From Batkoa obscura (lineage: Eukaryota): a stretch of 64,000 bases of DNA. The DNA lies in NCBI GenBank assembly GCA_030770535.1, contig JASVEC010000010.1:434001-498000 (forward strand), given 5' to 3'. Of the stretch, positions 26,007 to 38,384 are shown in pieces (positions within the stretch are counted from its first letter, which is position 1; each line of letters starts with the position of its first letter). Below the pieces are notes generated by a model that saw nothing but the letters and a program-made list of their open reading frames with translations, had not been told where the DNA came from and did no database searches. The translations under genes were made by a program, and so were the position numbers.

Positions 26007-27308
26007 CTAAATTAAGAAGGGGAAAATAGCCTTTCTACTTTTAGGATAATTAGGGAATTCTTTCTTGTATTGTCTGTGTTTTTTAATAGCCCAAACGTAC
26101 ATTTGAGCAGTGGAAACGAATAAAAATAACCAAACTAAAAAAAGAAGAGATTATTATTAAATATACCTTATCATTCATTTTAAATTTAAAAGAGAATTAA
26201 CTTACTAGACCAATGATTCGTTAATAAGGTGACTGAAAACCAAGCCAATATCTCAAAAAAATAATTTGGACAGGATACTAATTCAAATCCATAACCGTAA
26301 GGTATTTTACGTTCTTTAGTACCCGGTGGACGCAAATTTCTTAATGAATAATGACAAATAAAATTAGATACTTCAGCAAACTATGATAAATGTAATATAT
26401 TAATTAATGTAATTTTTCTGGCAATATTAACTTTATCTACTTACCATAAATAATACCACACAAAAATAGTGATAATTATTTAATTGAAGACCCAAAGTAG
26501 CTTTAGCAATTGATTGAGAATAATAAAAATAAGCTGGTAAAATACCGGATAGTACATGATAATGAAAACTATTTTTGAATAAATTAAACAGTGGCATAGT
26601 ACCATGAGAAAATCGATGAACAAATAAAGTTTCATATTCACGTTTCATGAAATGAATTAAGAATAGAACTAAGACAGTCCTAAGGAGAGTATGAATAAAG
26701 TATTAAATATTAAAAAAGATATCAATTCAAAACTTAAAAAATCGATATGATTCAAAGTTACTTACTTTTGTAATTCGGAATGTTCAAACTTGGTTCCATA
26801 AAATACTTCTTGTCCATAATAAAATAAAGGATGTAATAAAATAGGTCCCAAATATTCCACCAAAAATACAGTTCTCCAACTGATTTGAGGCCCTAAATCT
26901 TTTAAACTAATTTGAGCTATTGAAACATGAGTTAATGACACAAAATTTCAGTTAAATAAGTGAACTTACCTCCATCTTTAATACCAAAGGTAACTAAACA
27001 AGTTTCGCTACTTTCATTAGAGATCACTTTATCTGATAAAAAAAAGTACCAATGTTAATAAATCTTAAAATAATGATTTTTGATTATAATTACCATTGAA
27101 TTTAATACGTTGTCGTTCAATTGTAAGTTTTGGAACTAAAAAATAAAAATGAACATGCATATTCAAAAAGGGTTGATTAATAATCAATCTTAAACTTACA
27201 TTGTTGAACAATTTGGTTTTTTAAATCTTGGATTGTTACCTTATCTTCTTGTTTATTAATTTCAATGACTTTAGATTGATATCTTTTTTCTTGAATTGTT
27301 AACTTCAT
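26007..27308 (-). CDS. TSC13: very-long-chain trans-2,3-enoyl-CoA reductase
   Basis: Ubiquitin-like N-terminus then [66 protein letters not shown]. Confidence 0.95.
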
Positions 27309-27488
27309 CTTGAATTGTATTTTTTAGAAGAAAGATAAATTGAGATTCTATTCTATTTTTCCTTTTATTGATGTAATCAACCCTTTTATTCAATTTTTTC
27401 TCAAATTTGTTTTTCCATTGGTTGGAAAATAATCTTGAAAAAAACTCGGAAAATAATGTCGTTTTTTAATGAAAAGTGGGTAAGATAT

Positions 27489-27581
27489 GGGGATGTATTT
27501 TTGTGTTTAAGAATTTTATTAATAATCTTTCTACTTAAATAGCGCTTAAAAAGTGGAAAAAATAATCAAAAAAACACTCCT
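27489..27581. mobile_element. ~98-bp MITE family copy
   Basis: Starts GGGGATGTATTTTT; ATAT target duplication. Confidence 0.85.
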
Positions 27582-27949
27582 ATATTCTAACTGGATTTTT
27601 GCTCGAGTATTTACCAACAAATACTATTTAACATAATCAAAATATTCCATATAAACCAAGTCCACCAATATTCACTTATTAAAGTTCAATATTAAAATAA
27701 CTCATTGATTGTAAGTTAAACAAGGGTAACTTTATTAATAAAGATAATAATAATGTTTGATATTATTACTATTTAATTCCTTTTTAAGTTGAAAAATTAA
27801 TTAAAAATAAATTTCAAATTAAATATTAATTTAATTTTTCAAAAATAACTTTAAGAGCACATAGAAAAAATTCAATAAATTTAATAATAACTTTTATCAC
27901 TATACAGAGTTTTTCTTTATCGGTTTTTTCCCTTTAATTATTCATATCA

Positions 27950-28601
27950 TGTATGTTATCTATATGGCTAATAATATTAAGATTAAAATGGCAAATTATG
28001 TCATTAAAAGTAGATAAAACTATGTTATCTGTAAAATAATAGTATATGGTAATGAACAAGAAAAGATAAAGTTAAAGTTAAAGTAAGGTATAATAAAAAC
28101 ATTTAGCTATCTTCTAGATTTTCTCTTTACACCCTTTATTCTATGATTAGTCTTGGATATAATTTATTATGAGAAATTAATTGTATTATACATATTACCA
28201 CCTTTTTCTCTCGTTTTAGTAATCATCTATAATCAAATAAAACTAAACTTATATTCTATTCTATTATGATCAATTTATTGTAGTTATTAATTGTATTGAT
28301 TCTGGCTTTTTATACAGTCATTAAGATCTATCAGAAGTTAATCTGATTATATTCGATCAAACTCAATCACTACAACTAGATTTGAAGAGTTGGAAGCTAA
28401 AGAAAGATAAGGGGATGTTTTTTTGATTTCATTACTTTTTCGATCTTTTAAGCACTATTTGAGCGGAAAAATTGGTAGCAACATTCTTAGACAAAAAATA
28501 CATCCCCATAAGCTGAATTTGATAGTAACTTAATTTCTATTTCTATTTTACTACCCCCTACCTACCCTCAAGCTAACACTTTGCCTCTTAATTATCAATG
28601 A
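27950..28601 (+). pseudogene. pseudogene of the two-TM PPxY family
   Basis: ANYVIKSR*NYVICKIIVYGNEQEKIKLK and LPPTYPQANTLPLNY align by eye to 32032/37260 paralogs; stops and a MITE insertion; 5' boundary approximate. Confidence 0.75.
28411..28507. mobile_element. ~98-bp MITE family copy
   Basis: GGGGATGT...ACATCCCC termini; ATAA target duplication. Confidence 0.9.
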
Positions 28602-28699
28602 AATTAAATAATTCAATAGTATATATTTCTAACTTACTTTTATAAATTTAGTAAAATTTGTCATTTTTAAGTGTAAGATCTATGGTCTTATTAGTTTAT

Positions 28700-29860
28700 T
28701 ATTAATTTTATTATATAAACTCCATAATTGATCTTACAATTCAACCTCTTTGATTCAATGGCTTAGTTGGATAAACTCATTCGAAAGATGAAGGGAGTCA
28801 TTATATTATTCCATCTAAGAACGTTAATTTTAACGTAGTTAATGCTTCTTGTAAATCAGTCTTCATAAATAAACTTACAGAGCTATCCACTCCTTTTTGA
28901 TATTTAAAATCATAATATAATAACTACATTTTAACTCATTTTGAATAGACGATATGACCTAAGAGAACAAAGACGAATCGGTACTACTACTTTGGTTGTT
29001 TTCTATGACTTTAAACTCATATTGATCTTGATATGAGATATGTCTCTTGAACACATAAGTACTCATAATTATGCTGCTTTTGATTTTGCATAATATTTTA
29101 CACTACTATGTTTACTCTAAACATTGATGTCTTCAAAGTTACTGTTGGAAACTAATAAACAAAAATCACTTTCATAGAAATATTGATGAAACATAATTAA
29201 TATATAGCAACTCATGGAGGATAAATCAATAATTTTAAATTTTTTAGCATTGACAAGTTCATGATTTAATAACTTATGTAATAAAAAAGGACCTAAATAG
29301 TTCACTTGAAGGCTTACTTTCAACCTAACTTGACTTGTTTGAAACTCTCTGGTCCTCATTATACCACCATTATTAACTAATATATTTAATTGAAATAGTT
29401 TAATTTTTAAGCTCATTAGTGGATCCTTTCATAAAAATAAAGCTGATGAGACCTAACATCAAAAATTGTATCTCATTATCTGGTTCTACTTCATAGTCTA
29501 TATTCCCAATTTCTAGTTCTGCTTTTCCTTATGAACAATACATTTTTAATTGATGTTATTTATTAGAATCATTTTTTATTTCTTTACTTGATTTACTTAA
29601 GATAACATGACAATTTAACTTAGAGTAATCAGTGAGTAGCTTCAAAACCAAGACCAGTGTTATTGTTTTAAGTAGCTTTTTTTCACCATTTATCATTTGA
29701 ATTATTAACTTGAATTTCTAAATCAGCATTATCATCAATAAAATAATAATATCATAAAAAGGTTATTATAACTATAATTGAGATCACTATTTTTGTAAAG
29801 TATGGTAGCTCACGATTAGTTATAAATTCGATAACAATTCTTCTATATTGATAAAATAGT
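28700..29860 (-). pseudogene. RDH-like SDR pseudogene
   Basis: LNILVNNGGIM, QVNYLGPFLL, IIDLSS, NTGLGFEA and YYAKSKAA remnants with stops and frameshifts; boundaries approximate. Confidence 0.75.
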
Positions 29861-31514
29861 TTATGATGTTCAATTCTTATTTTAACATTATTAAAATGTC
29901 AATAAAAACAGAGATTGAAAAACTGAAAGATTTTATAGTTTTTATACACAGTAATTTAAGGCTTCGTAATTTTTAATTTTTGAATCACTTTTTTATAGCT
30001 AATATAATAAGATTATATTTCTCTCATTAAAAACATTCAAAAGTTGATAACTTTCTATGGTACGACTTGAAATGTTTGACTTTGGAGTCTAGGATCAAAC
30101 TTACAAACCTTTTTAACCTTGTCCTCAAATTCTGATAAAGAAACGCTTGTTTATATATCTTTGATGCTTAATCAACAATTATTATAATTGATAGAACAAT
30201 CCAAAAAATACCCAGGTCATTGGATTAAAGCTTAAGGTCATCAATAAGTATAGAAGTCTTGTTGTAAGAAGTTTAAGTTAAGTTGGAAGTTTAATATTGA
30301 TCCAAAATTGAACTTTGAGATAGCTTAGATTAAAATCAAATTCAGTCTAAGTATAGTAGCTGTCATTATAAAAATACCCAACTTTGAACTACTTAGCTTT
30401 GATTCCAATGCAAACTTTTATAAATTTATTGGAATCTGATATAACGCAATTCGAAATCAAACTGACTTTTTATTTTGAGTATGGTTAGAACTATTTGTAT
30501 TTAAATATTTTCCTATTTTTCAATCTACTAAGAATTTATTTTATACGAATTCAAGACATAATTTTCTATAAAACCTTTAAATTGGTATAAGACAAATTTT
30601 GGCAAATTAAAAAAATAATGTCATCTAAATGCAGCTAGCCTATAACTTCGAACTTGTAATTTACCTAATTTGTATTTGATTCTATGATTTTCAAATCAAT
30701 ACCTTTTTTATTTTATTCAATATTGTTTATTTACATAGACTACTAATATAAAAGTGTAAGGAAAAATGTTTACTTATTTTTGATTAATACTCTACGCTAT
30801 AATACTTTTATCACACTTTAATTAAACAGCTAGCTAAAATGAAAAACGATACAAATTATCCAGATTAAATGATGTGTTTGAATGCTGTATATTCAACTCG
30901 AGCAATTTTTAGCTTCTAAATTTTTTTTAAAATATTGAAAAAACAGAATTCCCAAGTGTTTTATTTTTTCAAGAAAAATCAAATGATAACCTGATTGATA
31001 AAGGGGACAATGAGCAGAAAAAGAACCGGGATGGAGGAAAAGGGACTAAAGAGTCATAGAAAAGTACTTAAGTTCTAATTGGTCAGTTCTTAATTAAGTG
31101 AAACTGTCTTCGTTGGCTTGGAACTGCATTTTATGTAACGCAATCTATGAAGGAAGAATAGAAGGGGGGATATTAGGGAAGCTATTTTATGGTTAGCAGA
31201 TAATGAGTTGCAATATATGTGGTTCAAAGCTTTGAATTATAACAAAAGCTCGATGTAAGGACATAAGGGAGAAAGAGGTGAATGTAGGTAGTTGAAATTT
31301 GGAGGAAAGACATCAAAACGTTAGTAAGAGTAAAATGTAGTTTACTAATATAGTAAAAAACAAATCAACTACAATTTGTATTGAAAAAGGCGCAAGAGAC
31401 TGAAAATATTTTGAAGTTTTAACAAAAAATTAGTAAAATATATAAGTCGAACTTTATCAACTATTTATTTTTAATTATTTGATAGTTTTACACAATAAAA
31501 GTAATATAATATAT

Positions 31515-31715
31515 GGGCTGTTTTTTTTGGTTTCATAACTTTTTCCATTTTTTAAGCACTATTCGAGCGGAAAAATTGTTAGTAAAATTACTAAATATAA
31601 AAATATATCACTATATGGGGATGTATTTTTTTGCTTAATAATTTTACTAACAATTTTTCCGCTCGAATAGTGCTTAAAAAATGGAAAAAGTTATGAAACC
31701 AAAAAAAACAGCCCC
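31515..31715. mobile_element. inverted MITE dimer ATAT-[31515-31612]-ATAT-[31617-31715]-ATAT
   Basis: Two family copies in opposite orientation forming a ~200-bp palindrome. Confidence 0.9.
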
Positions 31716-32031
31716 ATATGCTTACCAAACCAAGTAAAGCAATATGTAAAATTAACTAGGAACTAAACTACGACCATCATTTTCTCAAAATTTATTAAAG
31801 CATAGTTAATAACACAAAGATAATAAGAATAAAAGAACCATAGACTATTTGTTTATAAAATGCAAGAATAATTTTAAAAAATTTAAGGGGAGAACTAAAA
31901 TTTAAAAACAAAGCCTATAATAAAAGATCACAACTATTTAATGGAAACTTCTATAATCTATAATCTCTGAGGTTTTATTTTTTTCATTTTTTAAAGTCTT
32001 ATTTATTAAAACTTACAACTTATCATAAAAA

Positions 32032-32606
32032 ATGGATAATATTCATTCCAATTACCTTGACTCTCCAGACTCAGTTGAGATATCAATAGCGGACAACTAT
32101 GCAATAAGGGCCGGACTTAACTATACTATCTATCGTGTAATGTTTTATGGCAACAAACAACAAAAGATACAGCTAAAACTCAGTATATTAAAAACATACA
32201 TTTATCGATTTCTGATACTATTTATGCTATTGTTTACAATATTGGTATTAATTCTAGTTTATCATAATAATACTATTATTTTTTACCATTATTTATTACC
32301 ATTGTTTATTATTTTGGGGATTATAATGGCTATACAAGGTTGGGTAAGTTTCATTTGATTACACGGCATCCATTATATTATGCTAGTTTTCTAATCCTTT
32401 TCTAGTATTTAGTCCACTCCTTAAGATCAATCAAAAACCAACCAAGCTATATACGATTGAATCATTCAATAATAGCTAAATTCCAAAGTCAAGAATCATA
32501 TGAAAGAGGAAATCAATTAACTACTAATTTAGTTTCTTATGAGTTTATACCCCCTCCTAACTATAGGGAAGCTAATATTTCTCCGCCTGCTTATCAACAG
32601 AATTAA
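32032..32606 (+). CDS. two-TM protein with twin PPxY motifs (uncharacterised family)
   Basis: Exon 1 to ...IQGW, intron 32344-32405, exon 2 YLVHSLRS...EFIPPPNYREANISPPAYQQN*. Confidence 0.85.
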
Positions 32607-32907
32607 TTTATTGAGTCTATTTTTATAGTTTATTCAAAATGTTATTATGGCTTTATATCATTTGTATACTTTTTTATAAAATTTTGATTAAGCTTTATAG
32701 TAAAATGATACTTTTTAATACTCGATTTAAAAAATGAAAAGCTTTACATTATAAAAAAATTATTTCATAGCTTTTTCTAATTTCTAAATCAACTTTAATC
32801 TTTTGATAAAATTTAAAAAATCAACTAATTAATCAATGAAACTTTTTATTTGGAGGTTTCTTATATTACGTTAATGACTACATAAACCCTCTTAAAGTTG
32901 ACTTATT

Positions 32908-34237
32908 TTAAATGCAAGTCCATTTTTTAGAAAGCATCCATAACTTATCTTGTAACTCAATATCTTTTGTTAAATAACTAGATTGAATTGGTAACTCATC
33001 CGCAAAATATAGTGAATCTTTAGGTATTTTATCAATAAGAGCTAATCTTAACGTTGTCAATGTACCCTGTAAACTAGTTTTCATAAAACTATTTCCAAAC
33101 CTATCTACTGTTTTTTGAACTTTAGAATCATGGCGAAATATTTCTGTTTTTACTAGGCCTGGATGAACGACATAACCTAAGAAAGAGATGGGTTATTTTT
33201 ATTATCATAATTGTTAAGATCCTGAATTACATTGAACCCTATCCGATATATGTCTCTTAAATGCATAAGTGCCCATGATAATAGCTGCTTTTGCTTTTGA
33301 ATATTGATCTTGATCATTGTATTTATTAGAATCACCTATGTCTTCAAAGTTGCCATTAGAAGCTAAAAAAATCCTTTAGTATTAGAATTATTATAGTTGA
33401 TAATGAAATTTACCCATATAATGCGCTAATGAGGACAAATTAATCAATTTTGAATTTTTAGTGTTGATAAGCTCGTCCTTCAATAAATTATAAAGTAAAA
33501 AATGGCTTAAATAATTAACTTGGAAAGTCAATTCAAACCCATCCTTACTTTTTTGAAACTCTTTAATCCCCATAATACCAGCATTGTTGATCAATAAATT
33601 CAAAGGTAATTGTTTACTTTGGAATTCTTTAGCAAAGCTTTTTACCGATTCAAAGCTGGTGAGATCTAACGACATAAACTCTACCTTACTGTCTAATCCT
33701 ACTTCGTTGCGGATTTTTTCTATAGCTGCTTCCGCTTTTTCTTGTGAACGGCATGCTTTGATCAATAAGTTGTTTTTTCTATTTACTGATTCTTATTTGA
33801 CTTACCTAAGATAACATGGAATTTAGCTTTAACTAACCAACGAGCGGTTTCAAATCCAATACCTGTATTACCACCTAAATGACAATAATAAAGATTTAGT
33901 CATTTCTATTAATAGTTCTGCTATTAGATTACCTGTAACAATAGCTACTTTATTTTCTTCATCACTATGGTTTTTTAAATGATGTTGAATTAGACTAAAA
34001 TATATAAAAAATAATTAATAAATAATCTTTGGCTTTAAAATAATAAATATTGATCTATTACTTGTTAGCGTGGGTTTCTGCATCAGGAAAATTACTAATA
34101 ATTCGATAAAAGGGTGGAAACATTGTGACAGCTACCATTGTTAAACTTGCTTTTATAAAATAGGGTAGTTTAGGACGAGCTATTAAGTTCAAAATCGATT
34201 GCTCTACTTTATTGGAATACTTTGGCGTTATGTTCAT
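32908..34237 (-). CDS. RDH-like NADP(H)-type SDR with N-terminal hydrophobic segment
   Basis: KVAIVTG|GNTGIG, ACRS, LINNAGIM, QVNYLSHFLL, NLSSLAH, YSKAK, VHPGLVKT. Confidence 0.9.
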
Positions 34238-34355
34238 TTTTTTTATTTTTGTTTTATATTTTGATAATTAAGTAAAGATGTTTATTAATTTCTTTTATAG
34301 TTTAATATATTACGAGTTAAAACTTAATGGTTTATAACATTTAATATTATTTTCC

Positions 34356-34521
34356 AGAATTAAAATGGCAACGTCGGATTTTAAAAGTAAGCCTTTTTTC
34401 AGTTTATTTGAAATTTTTTATTCATAAATTTGACTAGATTTAGTAGTAAAAAGTTCTAAATTATACTAGGGAAAGTTATGACCTTTTCTCTAAAAAAATC
34501 CGACGTTGCCATTTTAACTCT
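34356..34521. mobile_element. second MITE-like element with 27-bp terminal inverted repeats
   Basis: AGAATTAAAATGGCAACGTCGGATTTT ... AAAATCCGACGTTGCCATTTTAACTCT (1 mismatch); single copy in window; target duplication unclear. Confidence 0.6.
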
Positions 34522-34582
34522 AAAAATGAAAAAAGTTTAACACCAAAGTATACCAAAAAAGTAAATAATCAATTTTAGACTT

Positions 34583-34680
34583 GGGGATGTATTTTTTTGT
34601 TTAATAATTTTACTAACAATCTCTCCGCCTAAATAGCGCTCAAAAAATGGAAAAAGTTATGAAGTTAAAAAAACAGCCCC
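34583..34680. mobile_element. ~98-bp MITE family copy
   Basis: GGGGATGT...CAGCCCC; ACTT target duplication. Confidence 0.9.
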
Positions 34681-35936
34681 ACTTAATATCTTATCCTAAT
34701 CTGCTTTCTATTATAAAATTAGACATGGCAATGGTACCTACAACAATATTTTCACCTTATTATCAATTTGTTGGTAATTATCCTAATGCAAGAATATAGG
34801 AACATATGTTAACAAGTAATAGCATGATTCTGTATCATTTTAAGCAACCTTACTTTTATTTATATAATTTGGTTCAATATCACGTAAAAAACCATAAGGA
34901 AGAAGAAAATAAAGTAGCTATTGTTATAAGTAATTGAATAACACAGTTGATTGAAACAACCAAAAAGCACAATTTTAATATTTCATTTAGGTAGCAATGC
35001 TGGTACTGGTTTTAAAACTGCTTGTTGGTTAGTTCAATCCAACTTTCATGTTATTTTATGTCATTGAGTAATAATATAGTATGTCAATGGGCAGCTAAGA
35101 TAATAAAAAAGTTTCTTATTCCCAAGAGAAATTGAAGGTGGCTATAGAAAAGACATGCTCTAGAGTGGGCTCTAATGGTAAGATAGAGCTTATTCCATTA
35201 CATCTCACTAGTTTTAAATCAGTGAAAGCGTTTACTATAGAATTATAAAGTAGACGATTATTATTAAATTTAGTGGTCAGTAGTGTTCGTATTACGAGGG
35301 TCAAAGAATACTAAAAAAGTTAGGATGGACTCGAGTTGACTTGAAAAGTCTATTATTTAGTCCATTTTCTTACTCTATAATTTATTGAAAGAGAATTGGT
35401 TAAGACTAAAAATCTAAAAATTCTTAATTCATCTTTATTGGTGCATTAGATGCCTAGTTTTCATTCAATATTCAATAATATGTTAGTTAATTTAGAATCT
35501 TCTATTAGTTTCTAATGGTAACTTTCAAGACTTAATGTTCAGAATAAATATAATAATATAAAACATTATGCAAAAGCAAAGTAAGGTAGTTGTGGGTACT
35601 TATACATTTAAAAGACATATTCCATATCAAGTTCAATTTATTTTAAAGTTTTTGACAAATAGAGACATAACAAGTAGCAACCTATCTCTCTTTCCTTAGA
35701 CTACATTGATTATTTAGGAATAGTAAAAACTGAGTTATTTTGCTAGGATTCTATAAGCCAAAAAGGAATCGACTGAGCTGAGAATTATCTTATTAAAATC
35801 CCATTACAAGGGATTATATCTATGCTAAGATTAGCTCTATTAAATAAAATATTTGATAATTTCCTTCATTTTGCAAACCAATTATTTATGTAACTAAATT
35901 ATTGGAAAAATGCAAAAAGTTACAAGATAACTTGTG

Positions 35937-36035
35937 GGGGATGTACTTTTGTGTTTAAGAATTTTACTAACAATCTTTCCGCTTAAATAGTTCTTAAGAG
36001 ATGAAAAAAGTAGTGAAGTCAAAAGAAAACATCCC
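35937..36035. mobile_element. ~98-bp MITE family copy
   Basis: Family core and termini; left target duplication not preserved. Confidence 0.85.
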
Positions 36036-36146
36036 AATTTAGTCAATCATACACTAGAAGTCTGAGCTCTACATCTCAATTAGTAATGATCAACAGCTTA
36101 CTATAGGAATCAAACCCATAATAACCTGGAAGTTAAATTTCCATAT

Positions 36147-36242
36147 GGGAATGTATTTTTTTGTTTAAGAATTTTACTAATAATCTTTTCATCCAAATAG
36201 CGTTTAAAACGGAAAAAGTAATGGAGTCAAAAAAACATCCAC
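36147..36242. mobile_element. ~98-bp MITE family copy
   Basis: Family core; ATAT/ATAC flanks. Confidence 0.8.
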
Positions 36243-36552
36243 ATACATCACCATTGTACTAAGGAAGCTTCTTGTTGGCTGGAATCAATTGAAACTAGTT
36301 TTATTTTTCACTTCTAAGGGCGTTTCTAAAATAACCTTCTTTTTGTGTGGTTAATTTACTAGTAAAGATGGATAATTGTAGTAGTTTAATTTTTTTGTAT
36401 AAAAAGCATATTATATTTAGACATCTAAAATAACTACTATTAAAACCAATGACTTTCTTTTTGCTCAAAAAAGATCAAGTATTAGTTTCTATAAGGTTCT
36501 TTTATCTATTAATATGGATCTGATAGAGCAGAAAAACGTAATGGCACAGAAT

Positions 36553-36649
36553 GGAGATGTTTTTTTGATTTCATTATTTTTTCATTTTTTAAGCGCTATT
36601 TGAGTAGAAAGATTATTAGTAAAATTCTCAAATACAAAAATACATCCCC
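36553..36649. mobile_element. ~98-bp MITE family copy
   Basis: GGAGATGT...ACATCCCC; GAAT target duplication. Confidence 0.85.
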
Positions 36650-37259
36650 GAATGTTTCTTCAACTACTAATGAGTTTTTTCATAGTTCTCAATAATTGGA
36701 CAACTATTCTGCGCCACCACACTTTACATTTCATTAAATCCATGTTAGAATTTCATAGAATTTAGTATTTACTTAGAACTTTTAATTAGGGATTTTATTT
36801 CATCCCTTATTAATAGTATTAAAATTAGTAAAAATAACTATCATCAAGTTTCTTTTACTTTCTATCTTATTTTACTCAGTTTACTAAATTATCATCTATT
36901 TAAAAATGACAACATAAAAAGAGAATTAAATAAAATAACAGATAGGCTAAATAAGCCTTACTTGTTACAGCTCACTATGATCCAACTAATTCCTCATTTA
37001 AGAATTAACATTAATTTAAAATTCAGTTTAATTATAATGATTGGATTTTAAAAAAATTACCTATATAAATGATTTGGCTATAAAAATTATCACTAATAAA
37101 TTCACAAAAGAGTTGGAATAACTGTAAAATGCAAATTTAAAGTAAAATTCAGGGAGAGACTAATGTTAAAAATAGAAAATTTAATAAAATCATGATATTT
37201 ATAAATAATTTATATAATTATAAGCTTTTAAACTTAGTTTTTTATTTCTTTATTCTTTA

Positions 37260-37850
37260 ATGGATCTAACTCCCCCTATCAACAACAATACTGTTTCTGA
37301 ACAAAACGAAATTGAAATAGCCTCTGATTATGCCATTAAAAATGGACTCAATCATGTCATTTATCGAGTTATGATCTATGGAAACAAACAACAAAAGACA
37401 TTATTAAGATTGAGTATATTAAAGACATATATCTATCGATTTTTTATTATCTTTCCCATACTATTAATAATATCAGTATCAATTATACTTTATCATAATG
37501 ATAGTTTTACCTTTTATTCATATTTATTACCATTATCTATCTTTTGCTTGTTTACTTTACTCATTCAAGGTTGGGTAAGTAATCATTATATCCTCCATTG
37601 TATTTATATATATATCCCACTATAATCATTATACTAACCTTTTCTTTAGTATCTCATCCATTGTTTACGATCCATAAAAAATCAAGCCAATTATGTTAAA
37701 TTTAATAGAAGAACAATGATTAAATTTCAATTACAAGAAGCTAACGAAAGAGAACAACAATTAACTGCAGGTGTTATTTCTTATGAGTTTATTGCTCCTC
37801 CTAATTATCGAGAAGCTAATACATTACCTCCGGCTTATATACAGGGTTAA
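37260..37850 (+). CDS. two-TM protein with twin PPxY motifs (uncharacterised family)
   Basis: Paralog of 32032; same intron position; exon 2 ends EFIAPPNYREANTLPPAYIQG*. Confidence 0.85.
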
Positions 37851-38384
37851 ATTAAATGCAATGATTTTGTTTAACGATGAGTTATCATTATTGCTATTTT
37901 ATTATTATACTTTTGTTAATTTCATTTTTTTATTTTATTGTGTTCTATATAAATTTTCGATGATCTTATTAGAAAATTGGTAAGAAAATTGATACAAAAG
38001 AGCTCATAGTTAGAAATCTTTGTTGCTTTTAAATGATAGTCAATTTTTTTAAAAGTTAATTTAAATATTGAAATTTTTTATACGTTTTTAAATTCACATT
38101 AAAAAATATTCAATACAATTTAAAAACTCAAAAAAACCTTTAACAACAAGTTAATCTAATCCCGATCAAGATTCCGAGTAATTACTATTTCAATTGAAAA
38201 TTATAGTTTTAAAAAGACTTTCGAAAACCACTTACCCTTACTTTGGAAGCTAAAAATAGAACATTTAAAAATTCAACTATTTAAAGATGACATCACTATA
38301 TAAAACCAAATGGAATGAATTTTAATTACACTTTACTTTTTATTAGATTTCAAATAAAAACAATAAGATCAAAATATCAAAATA

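Larger units (their letters stand above)
34526..36045 (+). pseudogene. RDH-like SDR pseudogene interrupted by two MITEs
   Basis: LTPKY, EENKVAIVI, GSNAGTGF, HYAKAK*, PLQG and QDNLW remnants collinear with 38385-39730; many stops and frameshifts. Confidence 0.8.

Noticed and set aside
30030..31400. Possible F-box/LRR pseudogene or transposon relic
   Set aside because: Coding-like composition but no recognisable motif
37771..37983. 70-aa hydrophobic ORF
   Set aside because: Out-of-frame overlap with exon 2 and 3'UTR of the PPxY gene
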